Source of the DNA: Eledone cirrhosa
Taxonomy: Eukaryota
NCBI GenBank assembly: GCA_964016885.1
Contig: OZ024741.1
Location: 263,252,001 to 263,316,000 of the forward strand
Reading direction: 5' to 3'
DNA length: 64,000 nt
The position numbers and the translations under genes were made by a program. The notes below the pieces were generated by a model. That model saw nothing but the letters and a program-made list of their open reading frames with translations, ran no database searches and was not told the origin of the DNA. This document shows, piece by piece, positions 28,201 to 43,000 of the stretch. Each line of letters begins with the position of its first letter. Positions within the stretch are counted from its first letter, which is position 1.

Positions 28201-31200
28201 TGAATGTGGACTGTGTAGTGATATAGTATTATGACCTGTCACATGATTTGGAGTGGGTGAATGTGGACTGTGTAGTGATATAGTATTATGATTTGACACA
28301 TGATTTGGAGTGGGTGAATGTGGACTGTGTAGTGATATGGTATTATGACCTGTCACGTTATTTGGAGTGGGTGAATGTGGACTGTGTAGTGATATAGTGT
28401 TATGACCTACTACATGATTTGGAGTGGGTGAATGTGGACTGTGTAGTGATATAGTATTATGACCTTCACGTGATTTGGAGTGGGTGAATGTGGACTGTGT
28501 AGTGATATAGTATTATGACCTGTCACATGATTTGGAGTGGGTGAATGTGGACTGTGTAGTGATATAGTATTATGACCTGCTACATGATTTGGAGTGGGTG
28601 AATGTGGACTGTGTAGTGATATAATATTACGACCTGCTACATGATTTGGAGTGGGTGAATGTGGACTGTGTATTGATATAGTATTATAACCTGCTACATG
28701 ATTTGGAGTGGGTGAATGTGGACTGTGTAGTGATATAGTATTATGACCTGTCACATGGTTTGGAGTGGGTGAATGTGGACTGTGTAGTGATATAGTATTA
28801 TGACCTGTCACATGATTTGGAGTGGGTGAATGTGGACTGTGTAGTGATATAGTATTATGACCTGTCACATGATTTGGAGTGGATGAATGTGGACTGTGTA
28901 GTGATATAGTATTATGACCTGCTACATGATTTGGAGTGGGTGAATGTGGACTGTGTAGTGATATAGTGTTATGACCTACTACATGATTTGGAGTGGGTGA
29001 ATGTGGACTGTATAGTGATATAGTGTTATGACCTACTACATGATTTGGAGTGGGTTAATGTGGACTGTGTAGTGATATAGTGTTATGACCTACTACATGA
29101 TTTGGAGTGGGTGAATGTGGACTGTGTAGTGATATAGTATTATGACCTGCTACATGATTTGGAGTGGGTGAATGTGGACTGTGTAGTGATATAGTATTAT
29201 GACCTGCTACATGATTTGGAGTGGGTGAATGTGGACTGTGTAGTGATATAGTATTATGACCTGCTACATGATTTGGAGTGTGTGAATGTGGACTGTGTAG
29301 TGATATAGTGTTATGACCTACTACATGATTTGGAGTGGGTGAATGTGGACTGTGTAGTGATATAGTGTTATGACCTACTACATGATTTGGAGTGGGTGAA
29401 TGTCGACTGTGTAGTGATATAGTGTTATGACCTACTACATGATATGGAGTGGGTGAATGTGGACTGTGTAGTGATATAGTGTTTTGACCTGCTACATGAT
29501 TTGGAGTGGGTGAATGTGGACTGTGTAATGATATAGTGTTATGACCTTCACGTGATTTGGAGTGGGTGAATGTGGACTGTGTAGTGATATAGTATTATGA
29601 CCTGCTACAGGATGTGGTGTGGGTGAATGTGGACTGTGTAGTGATATAGTGTTTTGACCTGCTACATGATTTGGAGTGGGTGAATGTGGACTGTGTAGTG
29701 ATATAGTGTTATGACCTGCTACATGATTTGGAGTGGTTGAATGTGGACTGAGTAGTGATATAATATTATGACCTGTCACGTGATTTGGAGTGGGTGAATG
29801 TGGACTGTGTAGTGATATAGTATTATGACCTTCTACATGATTTGGAGTGGGTGAATGTGGACTGTGTAGTGATATAGTATTATGACCTGCTACATGATTT
29901 GGAGTGGGTGAATGTGGACTGTGTAGTGATATAGTATTATGATCTGACACATGATTTGGAGTGGGTGAATGTGGACTGTGTAGTGATATAGTATTATGAT
30001 CTGACACATGATTTGGAGTGGGTGAATGTGGACTGTGTAGTGATATAGTGTTATGACCTACTACATGATTTGGAGTCGGTGAATGTGGACTGTGTAGTGA
30101 TATAGTATTATCACCTTCACGTGATTTGGAGTGGGTGAATGTGGACTGTGTAGTGATATAGTATTATGACCTGTCACATGATTTGGAGTGGGTGAATGTG
30201 GACTGTGTAGTGATATAGTATTATGACCTGCTACATGATTTGGAGTGGGTGAATGTGGACTGTGTAGTGATATAGTATTATGACCTGTCACATGGTTTGG
30301 AGTGGTTGAATGTGGACTGTGTAGTGATATAGTGTTATGACCTGTCACATGATTTGGAGTGGGTGAATGTGGACTGTGTAGTGATATAGTATTATGACCT
30401 GTCACATGATTTGGAGTGGGTGAATGTGGACTGTGTAGTGATATAGTGTTATGACCTGCTACATGATTTGGAGTGGGTGAATGTGGACTGTGTAGTGATA
30501 TAGTATTATGACCTGCTACATGATTTGGAGTGGGTGAATGTGGACTGGCTAGTGATATAGTGTTATGACCTTCACGTGATTTGGAATGGGTGAATGTGGA
30601 CTGTGTACTGATATAGTGTTATGACCTTCACGTGATTTGGAGTGGGTGAATGTGGACTGTGTAGTGATATAGTATTATGACCTGACACATGATTTGGAGT
30701 GGGTGAATGTGGACTTTGTAGTGATATAGTATTATGACCTGCTACATGATTTGGAGTGGGTGAATGTGGACTGTGTAGTGATATAGTATTATGACCTGCT
30801 ACTTGATTTGGAGTGGGTGAATGTGGACTGTGTAGTGATATAGTGTTATGACCTACTACATGATTTGGAGTGAGTGAATGTGAACTGTGTAGTGATATAG
30901 TATTATGACCTGCTACATGATTTGGAGTGGGTGAATGTGGACTGTGTAGTGATATAGTGTTATGACCTACTACATGATTTGGAGTGGGTGAATGTGAACT
31001 GTGTAGTGATATAGTATTATGACCTGCTACATGATTTGGAGTGGGTGAATGTGGACTGTGTAGTGATATAGTGTTATGACCTACTACATGATTTGGAGTG
31101 GGTGAATGTGGACTGTGTAGTGATATAGTATTATGACCTGCTACATGATTTGGAGTGGGTGAATGTGGACTGTGTAGTGATATAGTATTATGACCTTCAC

Positions 31201-32200
31201 GTGATTTGGAGTGGGTGAATGTGGACTGTGTAGTGATATAGTATTATGACCTGTCACATGATTTGGAGTGGGTGAATGTGGACTGTGTAGTGATATAGTA
31301 TTATGACCTGTCACATGATTTGGAGTGGGTGAATGTGGACTGTGTAGTGATATAGTATTATGACCTGCTACATGATTTGAAGTGGGTGAATGTGGACTGT
31401 GTAGTGATATAGTATTATGACCTGCTACATGATTTGGAGTGGGTGAATGTGGACTGTGTAGTGATATAGTATTATGACCTACTACATGATTTGGAGTGGG
31501 TGAATGTGGACTGTGTAGTGATATAGTGTTATGACCTACTACTTGATTTGGAGTGGGTTAATGTGGACTGTGTAGTGATATAGTGTTATGACCTACTACA
31601 TGATTTGGAGTGGGTGAATGTTGACTGTGTAGTTATATAGTGTTATGACCAACTACATGATATGGAGTGGGTGAATGTGGACTGTGTAGTGATATAGTGT
31701 TTTGACCTGCTACATGATTTGGAGTGGGTGAATGTGGACTGTGTAGTGATATAGTGTTATGACCTTCACGTGATTTGGAGTGGGTGAATGTGGACTGTGT
31801 AGTGATATAGTATTATGACCTGCTACATGATGTGGTGTGGGTGAATGTGGACTGTGTAGCGATATAGTGTTTTGACCTGCTACATGATTTGGAGTGGGTG
31901 AATGTGGACTGTGTAGTGATATAGTATTATGACCTGCTACATGATTTGGAGTGGGTGAATGTGGACTGTGTAGTGATATAGTGTTATGACCTGCTATATG
32001 ATTTGGAGTGGTTGAATGTGGACTGAGTAGTGATATAATATTATGACCTGTCACGTGATTTGGAGTGGGTGAATGTGGACTGTGTAGTGATATAGTATTA
32101 TGACCTTCTACATGATTTGGAGTGGGTGAATGTGGACTGTGTAGTGATATAGTATTATGACCTGCTACATGATTTGGAGTGGGTGAATGTGGACTGTGTA
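19300..32200. repeat. Older ~5-kb duplication overlapped by the 3586-bp duplication (offsets 5007 and 8593=5007+3586)
   Basis: ORFs 19817/24824 are offset by 5007, and 19817/28410, 20899/29492, 21468/30061 and 23117/31710 by 8593. Shared markers include GACTGGCTAG, GTGTACTGAT and CTACTTGA. Boundaries are approximate. Confidence 0.8.
22788..29999. repeat. Tandem duplication of a 3586-bp block (63 monomers)
   Basis: ORF pairs 23117/26703, 23662/27248, 24540/28126, 24824/28410 and 25906/29492 are offset by 3586 (63x57 minus five 56-bp monomers). Identity breaks at 22787/26373 and 26414/30000. Confidence 0.93.
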
Positions 32201-35200
32201 GTGATATAGTATTATGATCTGACACATGATTTGGAGTGGGTGAATGTGGACTGTGTAGTGATATAGTATTATGACCTGTCACGTTATTTGGAGTGGGTGA
32301 ATGTGGACTGTGTAGTGATATAGTGTTATGACCTACTACATGATTTGGAGTCGGTGAATGTGGACTGTGTAGTGATATAGTATTATCACCTTCACGTGAT
32401 TTGGAGTGGGTGAATGTGGACTGTGTAGTGATATAGTATTATGACCTGTCACATGATTTGGAGTGGGTGAATGTGGACTGTGTAGTGATATAGTATTATG
32501 ACCTGCTACATGATTTGGAGTGGGTGAATGTGGACTGTGTAGTGATATAATATTACGACCTGCTACATGATTTGGAGTGGGTGAATGTGGACTGTGTATT
32601 GATATAGTATTATAACCTGCTACATGATTTGGAGTGGGTGAATGTGGACTGTGTAGTGATATAGTATTATGACCTGTCACATGGTTTGGAGTGGGTGAAT
32701 GTGGACTGTGTAGTGATATAGTATTATGACCTGTCACATGATTTGGAGTGGGTGAATGTGGACTGTGTAGTGATATAGTATTATGACCTGTCACATGATT
32801 TGGAGTGGATGAATGTGGACTGTGTAGTGATATAGTATTATGACCTGCTACATGATTTGGAGTGGGTGAATGTGGACTGTGTAGTGATATAGTGTTATGA
32901 CCTACTACATGATTTGGAGTGGGTGAATGTGGACTGTGTAGTGATATAGTGTTATGACCTACTACATGATTTGGAGTGGGTTAATGTGGACTGTGTAGTG
33001 ATATAGTGTTATGACCTACTACATGATTTGGAATGGGTGAATGTGGACTGTGTAGTGATATAGTATTATGACCTGCTACATGATTTGGAGTGGGTGAATG
33101 TGGAGTGTGTAGTGATATAGTGTTATGACCTACTACATGATTTGGAGTGGGTGAATGTGGACTGTGTAGTGATATAGTGTTATGACCTACTACATGATTT
33201 GGAGTGGGTGAATGTGGACTGTGTAGTGATATAGTGTTATGACCTACTACATGATATGGAGTGGGTGAATGTGGACTGTGTAGTGATATAGTGTTTTGAC
33301 CTGCTACATGATTTGGAGTGGGTGAATGTGGACTGTGTAGTGATATAGTGTTATGACCTTCACGTGATTTGGAGTGGGTGAATGTGGACTGTGTAGTGAT
33401 ATAGTATTATGACCTGCTACATGATGTGGTGTGGGTGAATGTGGACTGTGTAGTGATATAGTGTTTTGACCTGCTACATGATTTGGAGTGGGTGAATGTG
33501 GACTGTGTAGTGATATAGTGTTATGACCTGCTACATGATTTGGAGTGGTTGAATGTGGACTGAGTAGTGATATAATATTATGACCTGTCACGTGATTTGG
33601 AGTGGGTGAATGTGGACTGTGTAGTGATATAGTATTATGACCTTCTACATGATTTGGAGTGGGTGAATGTGGACTGTGTAGTGATATAGTATTATGACCT
33701 GCTACATGATTTGGAGTGGGTGAATGTGGACTGTGTAGTGATATAGTATTATGATCTGACACATGATTTGGAGTGGGTGAATGTGGACTGTGTAGTGATA
33801 TAGTATTATGACCTGTCACGTTATTTGCAGTGAGTGAATGTGGACTGTGTAGTGATATAGTGTTATGACCTACTACATGATTTGGAGTCGGTGAATTTGG
33901 ACTGTGTAGTGATATAGTATTATCACCTTCACGTGATTTGGAGTGGGTGAATGTGGACTGTGTAGTGATATAGTATTATGACCTGTCACATGCTTTGGAG
34001 TGGGTGAATGTGGACTGTGTAGTGATATAGTATTATGACCTGCTACATGATTTGGAGTGGGTGAATGTGGACTGTGTATTGATATAGTATTATAACCTGC
34101 TACATGATTTGGAGTGGGTGAATGTGGACTGTGTAGTGATATAGTATTATGACCTGTCACATGGTTTGGAGTGGTTGAATGTGGACTGTGTAGTGATATA
34201 GTATTATGACCTGTCACATGATTTGGAGTGGGTGAATGTGGACTGTGTAGTGATATAGTATTATGACCTGTCACATGATTTGGAGTGGGTGAATGTGGAC
34301 TGTGTAGTGATATAGTGTTATGACCTGCTACATGATTTGGAGTGGGTGAATGTGGACTGGCTAGTGATATAATGTTATGACCTTCACGTGATTTGGAATG
34401 GGTGAATGTGGACTGTGTAGTGATATAGTGTTATGACCTTCACGTGATTTGGAGTGGGTGAATGTGGACTGTGTAGTGATATAGTATTATGACCTGACAC
34501 ATGATTTGGAGTGGGTGAATGTGGACTTTGTAGTGATATAGTATTATGACCTGCTACATGATTTGGAGTGGGTGAATGTGGACTGTGTAGTGATATAGTA
34601 TTATGACCTGCTACATGATTTGGAGTGGGTGAATGTGGACTGTTTAGTGATATAGTGTTATGACCTACTACATGATTTGGAGTGGGTGAATGTGAACTGT
34701 GTAGTGATATAGTATTATGACCTGCTACATGATTTGGAGTGGGTGAATGTGGACTGTGTAGTGATATAGTGTTATGACCTACTACATGATTTGGAGTGGG
34801 TGAATGTGAACTGTGTAGTGATATAGTATTATGACCTGCTACATGATTTGGAGTGGGTGAATGTGGACTGTGTAGTGATATAGTATTATGACCTACTACA
34901 TGATTTGGAGTGGGTGAATGTGGACTGTGTAGTGATATAGTATTATGACCTGCTACATGATTTGGAGTGGTTGAATGTGGACTGAGTAGTGATATAATAT
35001 TATGACCTGTCACGTGATTTGGAGTGGGTGAATGTGGACTGTGTAGTGATATAGTATTATGACCTGCTACATGATTTGGAGTGGGTGAATGTGGACTGTG
35101 TAGTGATATAGTATTATGATCTGACACATGATTTGGAGTGGGTGAATGTGGACTGTGTAGTGATATAGTATTATGACCTGTCACATGATTTGGAGTGGGT

Positions 35201-35302
35201 GAATGTGGACTGTGTAGTGATATAGTATTATGACCTGCTACATGATTTGGAGTGGGTGAATGTGGACTGTGTAGTGATATAATATTACGACCTGCTACAT
35301 GA

Positions 35303-38300
35303 TTTGGAGTGGGTGAATGTGGACTGTGTATTGATATAGTATTATAACCTGCTACATGATTTGGAGTGGGTGAATGTGGACTGTGTAGTGATATAGTATT
35401 ATGACCTGTCACATGGTTTGGAGTGGGTGAATGTGGACTGTGTAGTGATATAGTATTATGACCTGTCACATGATTTGGAGTGGGTGAATGTGGACTGTGT
35501 AGTGATATAGTATTATGACCTGTCACATGATTTGGAGTGGATGAATGTGGACTGTGTAGTGATATAGTATTATGACCTGCTACATGATTTGGAGTGGGTG
35601 AATGTGGACTGTGTAGTGATATAGTGTTATGACCTACTACATGATTTGGAGTGGGTGAATGTGGACTGTGTAGTGATATAGTGTTATGACCTACTACATG
35701 ATTTGGAGTGGGTTAATGTGGACTGTGTAGTGATATAGTGTTATGACCTACTACATGATTTGGAATGGGTGAATGTGGATTGTGTAGTGATATAGTATTA
35801 TGACCTGCTACATGATTTGGAGTGGGTGAATGTGGACTGTGTAGTGATATAGTATTATGACCTGCTACATGATTTGGAGTGGATGAATGTGGACTGTGTA
35901 GTGATATAGTATTATGACCTGCTACATGATTTGGAGTGTGTGAATGTGGACTGTGTAGTGATATAGTGTTATGACCTACTACATGATTTGGAGTGGGTGA
36001 ATGTGGACTGTGTAGTGATATAGTGTTATGACCTACTACATGATTTGGAGTGGGTGAATGTGGACTGTGTAGTGATATAGTGTTATGACCTACTACATGA
36101 TATGGAGTGGGTGAATGTGGACTGTGTAGTGATATAGTGTTTTGACCTGCTACATGATTTGGAGTGGGTGAATGTGGACTGTGTAGTGATATAGTGTTAT
36201 GACCTTCACGTGATTTGGAGTGGGTGAATGTGGACTGTGTAGTGATATAGTATTATGACCTGCTACATGATGTGGTGTGGGTGAATGTGGACTGTGTAGT
36301 GATATAGTGTTTTGACCTGCTACATGATTTGGAGTGGGTGAATGTGGACTGTGTAGTGATATAGTGTTATGACCTGCTACATGATTTGGAGTGGTTGAAT
36401 GTGGACTGAGTAGTGATATAATATTATGACCTGTCACGTGATTTGGAGTGGGTGAATGTGGACTGTGTAGTGATATAGTATTATGACCTTCTACATGATT
36501 TGGAGTGGGTGAATGTGGACTGTGTAGTGATATAGTATTATGACCTGCTACATGATTTGGAGTGGGTGAATGTGGACTGTGTAGTGATATAGTATTATGA
36601 TCTGACACATGATTTGGAGTGGGTGAATGTGGACTGTGTAGTGATATAGTATTATGACCTGTCACGTTATTTGGAGTGAGTGAATGTGGACTGTGTAGTG
36701 ATATAGTGTTATGACCTACTACATGATTTGGAGTCGGTGAATTTGGACTGTGTAGTGATATAGTATTATCACCTTCACGTGATTTGGAGTGGGTGAATGT
36801 GGACTGTGTAGTGATATAGTATTATGACCTGTCACATGCTTTGGAGTGGGTGAATGTGGACTGTGTATTGATATAGTATTATAACCTGCTACATGATTTG
36901 GAGTGGGTGAATGTGGACTGTGTAGTGATATAGTATTATGACCTGTCACATGGTTTGGAGTGGGTGAATGTGGACTGTGTAGTGATATAGTATTATGACC
37001 TGTCACATGATTTGGAGTGGGTGAATGTGGACTGTGTAGTGATATAGTATTATGACCTGTCACATGATTTGGAGTGGATGAATGTGGACTGTGTAGTGAT
37101 ATAGTATTATGACCTGCTACATGATTTGGAGTGGGTGAATGTGGACTGTGTAGTGATATAGTGTTATGACCTACTACATGATTTGGAGTGGGTGAATGTG
37201 GACTGTGTAGTGATATAGTGTTATGACCTACTACATGATTTGGAGTGGGTTAATGTGGACTGTGTAGTGATATAGTGTTATGACCTACTACATGATTTGG
37301 AATGGGTGAATGTGGACTGTGTAGTGATATAGTATTATGACCTGCTACATGATTTGGAGTGGGTGAATGTGGACTGTGTAGTGATATAGTATTATGACCT
37401 GCTACATGATTTGGAGTGGATGAATGTGGACTGTGTAGTGATATAGTATTATGACCTGCTACATGATTTGGAGTGTGTGAATGTGGACTGTGTAGTGATA
37501 TAGTGTTATGACCTACTACATGATTTGGAGTGGGTGAATGTGGACTGTGTAGTGATATAGTGTTATGACCTACTACATGATTTGGAGTGGGTGAATGTGG
37601 ACTGTGTAGTGATATAGTGTTATGACCTACTACATGATATGGAGTGGGTGAATGTGGACTGTGTAGTGATATAGTGTTTTGACCTGCTACATGATTTGGA
37701 GTGGGTGAATGTGGACTGTGTAGTGATATAGTGTTATGACCTTCACGTGATTTGGAGTGGGTGAATGTGGACTGTGTAGTGATATAGTATTATGACCTGC
37801 TACATGATGTGGTGTGGGTGAATGTGGACTGTGTAGTGATATAGTGTTTTGACCTGCTACATGATTTGGAGTGGGTGAATGTGGACTGTGTAGTGATATA
37901 GTGCTATGACCTGCTACATGATTTGGAGTGGTTGAATGTGGACTGAGTAGTGATATAATATTATGACCTGTCACGTGATTTGGAGTGGGTGAATGTGGAC
38001 TGTGTAGTGATATAGTATTATGACCTTCTACATGATTTGGAGTGGGTGAATGTGGACTGTGTAGTGATATAGTATTATGACCTGCTACATGATTTGGAGT
38101 GGGTGAATGTGGACTGTGTAGTGATATAGTATTATGATCTGACACATGATTTGGAGTGGGTGAATGTGGACTGTGTAGTGATATAGTATTATGACCTGTC
38201 ACGTTATTTGGAGTGAGTGAATGTGGACTGTGTAGTGATATAGTGTTATGACCTACTACATGATTTGGAGTCGGTGAATTTGGACTGTGTAGTGATATAG

Positions 38301-38404
38301 TATTATCACCTTCACGTGATTTGGAGTGGGTGAATGTGGACTGTGTAGTGATATAGTATTATGACCTGTCACATGCTTTGGAGTGGGTGAATGTGGACTG
38401 TGTA
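35303..38404. repeat. Tandem duplication of a 1537-bp block (27 monomers)
   Basis: ORFs 36150/37687 and 36719/38256 are offset by 1537 (25x57+2x56). ATTATAACC is at 35341/36878 and GTCACATGCT at 36831/38368. At least two point differences were seen. Confidence 0.87.
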
Positions 38405-40047
38405 GTGATATAGTATTATGACCTGCTACATGATTTGGAGTGGATGAATGTGGACTGTGTATTGATATAGTATTATAACCTGCTACATGATTTGGAGTGG
38501 GTGAATGTGGACTGTGTAGTGATATAGTATTATGACCTGTCACATGGTTTGGAGTGGTTGAATGTGGACTGTGTAGTGATATAGTATTATGACCTGTCAC
38601 ATGATTTGGAGTGGGTGAATGTGGACTGTGTAGTGATATAGTATTATGACCTGTCACATGATTTGGAGTGGGTGAATGTGGACTGTGTAGTGATATAGTG
38701 TTATGACCTGCTACATGATTTGGAGTGGGTGAATGTGGACTGGCTAGTGATATAATGTTATGACCTTCACGTGATTTGGAATGGGTGAATGTGGACTGTG
38801 TAGTGATATAGTGTTATGACCTTCACGTGATTTGGAGTGGGTGAATGTGGACTGTGTAGTGATATAGTATTATGACCTGACACATGATTTGGAGTGGGTG
38901 AATGTGGACTGTGTAGTGATATAGTATTATGACCTGCTACATGATGTGGTGTGGGTGAATGTGGACTGTGTAGTGATATAGTGTTTTGACCTGCTACATG
39001 ATTTGGAGTGGGTGAATGTGGACTGTGTAGTGATATAGTGCTATGACCTGCTACATGATTTGGAGTGGTTGAATGTGGACTGAGTAGTGATATAATATTA
39101 TGACCTGTCACGTGATTTGGAGTGGGTGAATGTGGACTGTGTAGTGATATAGTATTATGACCTTCTACATGATTTGGAGTGGGTGAATGTGGACTGTGTA
39201 GTGATATAGTATTATGACCTGCTACATGATTTGGAGTGGGTGAATGTGGACTGTGTAGTGATATAGTATTATGATCTGACACATGATTTGGAGTGGGTGA
39301 ATGTGGACTGTGTAGTGATATAGTATTATGACCTGTCACGTTATTTGGAGTGAGTGAATGTGGACTGTGTAGTGATATAGTGTTATGACCTACTACATGA
39401 TTTGGAGTCGGTGAATTTGGACTGTGTAGTGATATAGTATTATCACCTTCACGTGATTTGGAGTGGGTGAATGTGGACTGTGTAGTGATATAGTATTATG
39501 ACCTGTCACATGCTTTGGAGTGGGTGAATGTGGACTGTGTAGTGATATAGTATTATGACCTGCTACATGATTTGGAGTGGATGAATGTGGACTGTGTATT
39601 GATATAGTATTATAACCTGCTACATGATTTGGAGTGGGTGAATGTGGACTGTGTAGTGATATAGTATTATGACCTGTCACATGGTTTGGAGTGGTTGAAT
39701 GTGGACTGTGTAGTGATATAGTATTATGACCTGTCACATGATTTGGAGTGGGTGAATGTGGACTGTGTAGTGATATAGTATTATGACCTGTCACATGATT
39801 TGGAGTGGGTGAATGTGGACTGTGTAGTGATATAGTGTTATGACCTGCTACATGATTTGGAGTGGGTGAATGTGGACTGGCTAGTGATATAATGTTATGA
39901 CCTTCACGTGATTTGGAATGGGTGAATGTGGACTGTGTAGTGATATAGTGTTATGACCTTCACGTGATTTGGAGTGGGTGAATGTGGACTGTGTAGTGAT
40001 ATAGTATTATGACCTGACACATGATTTGGAGTGGGTGAATGTGGACT
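37748..40047. repeat. Tandem duplication of an 1137-bp block (20 monomers), overlapping the 1537-bp one
   Basis: ORFs 38256/39393 and 38767/39904 are offset by 1137 (17x57+3x56). The rare variant GTGCTATGAC is at ~37901 and ~39038. Confidence 0.87.
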
Positions 40048-43000
40048 TTGTAGTGATATAGTATTATGACCTGCTACATGATTTGGAGTGGGTGAATGTG
40101 GACTGTGTAGTGATATAGTATTATGACCTGCTACATGATTTGGAGTGGGTGAATGTGGACTGTTTAGTGATATAGTGTTATGACCTACTACATGATTTGG
40201 AGTGGGTGAATGTGAACTGTGTAGTGATATAGTATTATGACCTGCTACATGATTTGGAGTGGGTGAATGTGGACTGTGTAGTGATATAGTGTTATGACCT
40301 ACTACATGATTTGGAGTGGGTGAATGTGAACTGTGTAGTGATATAGTATTATGACCTGCTACATGATTTGGAGTGGGTGAATGTGGACTGTGTAGTGATA
40401 TAGTATTATGACCTACTACATGATTTGGAGTGGGTGAATGTGGACTGTGTAGTGATATAGTATTATGACCTGCTACATGATTTGGAGTGGTTGAATGTGG
40501 ACTGAGTAGTGATATAATATTATGACCTGTCACGTGATTTGGAGTGGGTGAATGTGGACTGTGTAGTGATATAGTATTATGACCTTCTACATGATTTGGA
40601 GTGGGTGAATGTGGACTGTGTAGTGATATAGTATTATGACCTGCTACATGATTTGGAGTGGGTGAATGTGGACTGTGTAGTGATATAGTATTATGATCTG
40701 ACACATGATTTGGAGTGGGTGAATGTGGACTGTGTAGTGATATAGTATTATGACCTGTCACGTTATTTGGAGTGGGTGAATGTGGACTGTGTAGTGATAT
40801 AGTATTATGACCTGCTACATGATTTGGAGTGGGTGAATGTGGACTGTGTAGTGATATACTATTATGACCTGCTACATGATTTGGTGTGGGTGAATGTGGA
40901 CTGTGTAGTGATATAGTGTTATGACCTACTACATGATTTGGAGTGGGTGAATGTGGACTGTGTAGTGATATAGTGTTATGACCTATTACATGATTTGGAG
41001 TGGGTTAATGTGGACTGTGTAGTGATATAGTGTTATGACCTACTACATGATTTGGAGTGGGTGAATGTGGACTGTGTATTGATATAGTATTATGACCTGC
41101 TACATGATTTGGAGTGGGTGAATGTGGACTGTGTAGTGATATAGTATTATGACCTGCTACATGATTTGGAGTGGGTGAATGTGAACTGTGTAGTGATATA
41201 GTATTATGACCTGCTACATGATTTGGAGTGAGTGAATGTGGACTGTGTAGTGATATAGTGTTATGACCTACTACATGATTTGGAGTGGGTGAATGTGAAC
41301 TGTGTAGTGATATAGTATTATGACCTACTACATGATTTGGAGTGGGTGAATGTGGACTGTGTAGTGATATAGTATTATGACCTGCTACATGATTTGGAGT
41401 GGGTGAATGTGGACTGTGTAGTGATATAGTATTATGACCTGCTACATGATTTGGAGTGGGTGAATGTGGACTGTGTAGTGATATACTATTATGACCTGCT
41501 ACATGATTTGGAGTGGGTGAATGTGGACTGTGTAGTGATATAGTGTTATGACCTACTACATGATTTGGAGTGGGTGAATGTGGACTGTGTAGTGATATAG
41601 TGTTATGACCTATTACATGATTTGGAGTGGGTTAATGTGGACTGTGTAGTGATATAGTGTTATGACCTACTACATGATTTGGAGTGGGTGAATGTGGACT
41701 GTGTATTGATATAGTATTATGACCTGCTACATGATTTGGAGTGGGTGAATGTGGACTGTGTAGTGATATAGTATTATGACCTGTCACATGATTTGGAGTG
41801 GGTGAATGTGGACTGTGTAGTGATATAGTATTATGACCTGCTACATGATTTGGATTGGGTGAATGTGGACTGTGTAGTGATATAGTGTTATGACCTACTA
41901 CATGATTTGGAGTGGGTGAATGTGGACTGTGTAGTGATATAGTATTATGACCTGCTACATGATTTGGAGTGGGTGAATGTGGACTGTGTAGTGATATAGT
42001 GTTATGACCTACTACATGATTTGGAGTGGGTGAATGTGGACTGTGTAGTGATATAGTATTATGACCTTCACGTGATTTGGAGTGGGTGAATGTGGACTGT
42101 GTAGTGATATAGTGTTTTAACCTGCTACATGATTTGGAGTGGGTGAATGTGGACTGTGTAGTGATATAGTGTTATGACCTTCACGTGATTTGGAGTGGGT
42201 GAATGTGGACTGTGTAGTGATATAGTATTATGACCTGCTACATGATTTGGAGTGGGTGAATGTGGACTGTGTAGTGATATAGTGTTATGACCTTCACGTG
42301 ATTTGGAGTGGGTGAATGTGGACTGTGTAGTGATATAGTATTATGACCTGCTACATGATTTGGAGTGGGTGAATGTGGACTGTGTAGTGATATAGTGTTT
42401 TGACCTGCTACATGATTTGGAGTGGGTGAATGTGGACTGTGTAGTGATATAGTATTATGACCTTCACGTGATTTGGAGTGGGTGAATGTGGACTGTGTAG
42501 TGATATAGTGTTATGACCTACAACATGATTTGGAGTGGGTGAATGTGGACTGTGTAGTGATATAGTATTATGACCTGCTACATGATTTGGAGTGGGTGAA
42601 TGTGGACTGTATAGTGATATAGTATTATGACCTGCTACATGATTTGGTGTGGGTGAATGTGGACTGTGTAGTGATATCGTGTTATGACCTACTACATGAT
42701 TTGGAGTGGGTGAATGTGCTCTGTGTAGTGATATAGTGTTATGACCTACTACATGATTTGGAGTGGGTAAATGTGGACTGTGTAGTGATATAGTGTTATG
42801 ACCTACTACATGATTTGGAGTGGGTGAATGTGGACTGTGTAGTGATATAGTATTATGACCTGCTACATGATTTGGAGTGGGTGAATGTGGACTGTGTAGT
42901 GATATAGTATTATGACCTGCTACATGATTTGGAGTGGGTGAATGTGGACTGTGTAGTGATATAGTATTATGACCTGCTACATGATTTGGAGTGTGTGAAT

